Source: Azolla caroliniana
Taxonomy: Eukaryota > Plantae > Polypodiophyta
Reading direction: 5' to 3'
NCBI GenBank assembly: GCA_043228905.1
Contig: JBHGNT010000017.1
Coordinates: 3,224,001 to 3,288,000, forward strand
DNA length: 64,000 bases
The notes under the pieces were generated by a model. It was not told where the DNA came from. It saw only the letters and a program-made list of their open reading frames with translations, and searched no databases. Shown here one piece after another: positions 59,580-64,000 of the stretch. Positions within the stretch are counted from its first letter, which is position 1; every line of letters begins with the position of its first letter. The translations under genes were made by a program, and so were the position numbers.

Positions 59580-62500
59580 CTCTCTTCCTCTCTCGGGATT
59601 CTTATGCAATCCCGTCCTCTTAGTACTAACAATACTTCCCTTTTCCAACACTAATTCTCTCTCTGTTTTAGTACTATTCTTGACAGAGGCCAGTGAGCCC
59701 GAAACAATCCGGGCAAAAGATGAAGAAGGATTCGGTACTCAAGATGAGAGTCTAATCTCATTTCGGCTAAGTGGGCCGATTGAGCGACTGAGTCGGCATG
59801 ACCAATCAAAAGAAGGGCCGACGAGTAGTGGAGATTCGGCCGTGCTCTCCCTGCGCAAGGAACCGAGGTGACGATTCACATGCAAAGAGAAGGGGAAGAA
59901 GAAGATGTTGGAATATGACATCGGCAGAGACAAGTCGGATCGAAGCGAATCCGACTCCGGGAAGAATGATGACGGACCTTTGGGAACAAAGTCCAAGCCG
60001 ACCAAGAGGGCCTTGAAATCGGCTAAAGAGAGGTTATGTCGATCGACCCGCCAAAAGAACCACATCAAACAGTATGGTTATAATGAGTACATGGCGCATC
60101 ATTATGAGTACATGACGAAAGTGGCGGACATGCGTGAGCCGGAGAGCTACACATAAGCGGCAAAATATGCACAATGGTGTGCCGCTGTGGAGGACGAGAT
60201 GCATGCACTTGATGGCAACGACACATGGGACCTGGTTGACCCTCCCCGACATTATAAACCGATCGGTTGCAAGTGGGTGTATAAGGTCAAGTATAATGAT
60301 GACGGTTTGGTCAACTGGTATAAGACCCAGTTAGTGGCCAAAGGATACGCGCAGACCCACGGAATCAACTACAACGAGACCTTCGCTCCGGTAGCGAAGA
60401 TGACGACAATTCGTGTGGTGTTGGCGGTTGCAGTGGCAATGGGTTGGCATCAACATCAGATGGATGTGAAAAATGTGTTCCTGCAAGGTGATATTGAGGA
60501 ACAAGTGTTCATGGTTCAGCCCCCTGGATTTCAGTCGAATATGAACAAGTCGGCAGTGTGCCGACTCAAGAAGTCCCTTTACGGTCTGAAGCAAGCCCCC
60601 TGTGCTTGGAATTCGAAGATTACGCACCGATTGCGTAAGATGGGGTTTGTGGCCTCCAAGTCGACTCTTCGTTGTTCATCTGGAAAGGTTCAGACGGTCC
60701 GGTATGTATCTTGTTATATGTAGATGATCTAGTCATCACCGAGCCCGACCTCACTGAAATTGGCCGAGTGAAGTCCCAGTTGTCGGACGCATTCGAAATG
60801 AAGGACCTTCATTACTTCCTCGGGATCGAGGTGATCCACACCCCCAACGACATATTGTTATCTCAACGACATTATGTGCTTAATATGTTGTACTAGTTCG
60901 CCATGATGGATTGCCGACCAATCTCCACACCCCTGGACCGGAACCTGAAGCTTCGTCTCGACTTCAGACCGGCCTGCAATGAGAAACGGTTCCAACAAAT
61001 TGTCGAAAGCCTTATTTATTTGACGATCACCCGACCTAACATTAGCTATCTAGTCGGAGCGATAAGTCCGTTCATGCAGAAGTCGACAATGGAGCACCTT
61101 CAGTGCGCGCACCGAATACTGAGGTATGTTAGCGGCACTAAGGACTGGGGATTGTTATACCGACATGGTATAACCGAGACGCTAGTCGGATATACCGATG
61201 CCGACTGGGCTGGAGATGCATCGCATCGACAGTCCACTTCTAGATTCATGTTTTCTCTTGGTAGCGTGGTTGTTGTGTGGAGAAGCAAAAAGCAACCAAT
61301 TGTGGCTCTATCGAGCACTGAGGCTGAGTATCGGGGCGCTATTGTTGCTACCTATGAAGCCATTTGGCTTCAATGGCTGTTGCAAGACCACCGGATCGAA
61401 GTATCGACTCCGATCCCGATCTACTGCAACAACATGAGCAGCATGCAGCTAGCCAAGAACCATGTGTTCCATGCTCGGATGAAGCACATCAAAGTGCATT
61501 ATCACTTTGTGCGCGAGCGGGTCCTCACCGGTCAAGTAGAACTCCGGTATGTCCGGACGGATCAACAAGTTGCCGACATCTTCACCAAGGCACTCGGGAC
61601 CAACAAGTTGCAACATTTTTCGGAGATGCTTGGTCTTCAGCATCTTGACATGCCGCACTTGAGGGGGAAAACCGGAACCGGAACAAAAGCTAGGAAAGCA
61701 GGAAATGGCACCGAACAAGTAGCCGAAGAGAAGGAAACAAACGAAGCAAGGGGAGACAAGATGAAAAACGGAGCCGAGTCGACTTAAGAAGTCGGCACAT
61801 CCGAACAAGTCAGGAACAAGCGGCGACAACGACTGAGTCAAGAAGGACAAAGTCGAGCAAAAGGAGAAGGCCAAGACTTGAACGTGGTCTGACGTCGTAA
61901 AGGGCTTAAAGATTGAAGACGAATTGGAGACAACCAATTCTCACAAGAGCTGGAACGAATCGGAGGCACCTGATTCGGAGAAACCGAATCAACTAAAGGC
62001 CAAACGAATGAGAAGGCAGCGGAAGTCGACACCAACACGGAGGAACTGACGGGTCGAGATGCGTCGGAGTCATAACAACGAAGGAGCTGAGATGGGCCTC
62101 CTGAGCAAACAAGTTGACCGAGAAAGTCGAGGTGCGCGGGACCGGACGGGTCAAGGACCACGAGCAAGGCGGGAAGACACCAAGAGGAGCTAGAGGAATG
62201 GACCGGTACACACTGATACAACGATCTGACCTCAAGTTAAGCTCAAGGGGGAGTGTTGAACAGACAAGCTCAATTAGATCCGGATCGGAGTCTGGAACGA
62301 AGAACTGAATTGGTATCGGGAACCAAAAGCCGGATTGGATTGTAACCGGTAGGCAGTTAGAGGCCTACGCCTAGTACATAGGCATATTTTTGGGAGTCAG
62401 TGTCAATCACTTGTATGAGCATTGAAGTACATATCAATACTTCTGGCAAACCTTTTAAGGACTTGTACAAAAGTGCTCACTGAGTACATTGTACATACAG

Positions 62501-62666
62501 AGTATTACAGAGTGTTATTATTTTTTAATTGAGTTTATGCTTTCTGCTCTCTCTGTCTCTCATGTGTATTCTCTGTTCCTAAGCTTCCATTAAACCTTGT
62601 CTCTGTTTTCTGTTGTTATCCGAATAAACCACTTTGTCTACAAGCTTCCGCATGTTATTCTTCGCA
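59121..62666 (+). mobile_element. Element N: 3' half of a B-family copia (INT end, RT, RH, 3' LTR 62254-62666)
   Basis: Colinear with B 4050-7586. LTR homologous to 1318-1744. Confidence 0.9.
59239..59685 (+). mobile_element. Solo LTR of chromovirus family F
   Basis: Perfect TSD GAGGC. Homologous to 45335-45771. Confidence 0.95.
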
Positions 62667-63536
62667 CTTTGCAACGAGGGTGGGTTGGTATACCACTCGA
62701 ATACGGAGCGTTTCCACTCTTGATAGCAACGCATTGGAACAAGGGTGTGCAAGTATGCACGAAACAAAGATCGGAGTACAAGAAATGTAAATATGTGTAG
62801 AATATTTGTAGTATTAGGCAGAGTGGTTAATGGGTACTTTAAGTCCCACACATATAGAGAGGAATACTAGGATTTGATGTGAGGGAATCGAGGGAAATCT
62901 CTATAAGAAACGATGTCACCGAACACGATGTAATGGCCTTACCCCTTGTGCTATAAAAGGGGAGGTTTGAGACTGTATTGGGGATCCACGATTTTTTGGA
63001 ACGAGGTGTTGTTGGACCGATCTCTGTAGGCTTCCTTCCATTCTCTGTTTTCCGATTTCCCATCGTCGTGTTGCGAGGCCTCCGTTTCGCGTTGGTATCC
63101 TGTGTGCTCCCGATCGGACGCTCGCTAGAGTCTATGTGTGTGTGTAGCAAGCTCGAAGCTCTTTTGCCAGCCACATCCGATTGTAATATTTTCCATTTAT
63201 CTGTTAATCATTAGTTCATTGAGTCTCTTTGTGCATTTGGTCTTTTTTGTGACCTTGTCTCTGATCTATTCCTGTTGAGTTTGTGTACTCGAGTGAGTGA
63301 ATCTGTGATCTCATTGCTGCTATCCGGCGACCGGTTTGGAACAATACGCGTCTCTGAGCCCGTGCGCTCACCGTCTGACATCCGTGGAATCAATCCGAAT
63401 TGGGTTCGTGTCCGGAAACCAATCCGGCTAAGTTATCCGGAAAGATCAGAACAACCTTTCTTCTCTCGTAGGCTCCTTGGTCCGAGACCTCGGTGGTCCC
63501 GCCCTGTTCCAACACATAACTATGGAAATTGCGACA
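62667..63536 (+). repeat. Partial LTR, probably a fourth, divergent member of the Trp-primed family
   Basis: TATA at ~62952. U5 motif CCTTGGTCC.AGACC....TGGTCCCGCC as in the C LTR, followed 33 nt later by ...GCGACA, the same spacing as in C. No PBS follows. Confidence 0.6.
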
Positions 63537-63540
63537 ATGT

Positions 63541-63730
63541 CTTGACAAGTGGCGACATACATGTGACAATGACAAGTTAGCAGGCGGTGACATATTGGCA
63601 CACAACATTTTAGCAAGCGGCGACGTGTCGACAACATCAACGTGATGGCGAGCGGTGACATGTTGACGGGCGGCGATGTGTTGGTGGGCGGTGGCGTGTT
63701 AATGGGCAAAGTTGTTAGCGGGCGGCGACG
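63541..63730. repeat. Degenerate ~18-bp minisatellite (GGCGGCGACATGTTGGCG-like)
   Basis: Recurrent GCGGYGAC...TGTT units. Confidence 0.5.
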
Positions 63731-63786
63731 ATGGAGAAACAGTCTTCGCCCAGAATACAGAGAGGGGAAGAAGAATGCATAGATTT

Positions 63787-63878
63787 GAGAGAGAGAGAGA
63801 GAGAGAGAGAAGAGAAAAGAGAGTAAGCGAGAGGGACAACAGAGTAATGGAGAAAAAAAGCAGGACACAATGATTATG

Positions 63879-63916
<38 letters not shown>

Positions 63917-63917
63917 A
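63787..63917. repeat. (GA)n microsatellites
   Basis: Two GA tracts seen directly. Confidence 0.85.
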
Positions 63918-63919
63918 AT

Positions 63920-64000
63920 TGTTGAGAATCAAGCTCAACCTAGTCTAGTGTGTGAACACACCCTTGAGAGTGTGCACTCAAAGGTCAAAAGTCACCACTC
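63920..64000 (+). repeat. Start of an L-family copia LTR (runs off the window)
   Basis: TGTTGAGAATCAAGCTCAAC matches 57217. Confidence 0.85.

Noticed and set aside
1313-62671. B 5' LTR paired with the B2 or N 3' LTR as one giant element
   Set aside because: Flanks do not match (gcttt versus cattg or ctttg), the LTRs are diverged, and B has its own 3' LTR start at 7464.
62667-63919. Host gene or promoter
   Set aside because: The short ORFs are low-complexity. The region is explained by an LTR fragment, a minisatellite and GA tracts.

Overview
Gene-free, deeply nested LTR-retrotransposon cluster. It is most likely from a non-seed land plant such as a fern or lycophyte; this is inferred from the plant-type tRNA primer sites plus Tcn1-like chromoviruses. 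I could resolve about 15 elements plus solo and partial LTRs, many delimited by TG...CA termini and target-site duplications (TSDs). Two nests dominate: A>B>C>D>E (1-26524) and J>B2>F>G>H>I (26525-50546). They are followed by K, L, M, N and partial LTRs. Two deletion junctions (~26524 and ~53261) fuse unrelated nests. The most unusual signals are three. (i) A Ty3/gypsy family (C, D, H) with an 18-nt tRNA-Trp primer site, 4-bp TSDs, protease fused to Gag, and pol reached only through a G_GAU_UUU -1 slippery site followed by a predicted pseudoknot. (ii) tRNA-derived Pol III A/B-box modules at the left edge of the LTRs of two different chromovirus families. (iii) A very young element (E, identical LTRs) that lacks the integrase core and a polypurine tract (PPT) but carries an intact 973-aa coiled-coil ORF. 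All coordinates and identities were read by eye; no searches were run.
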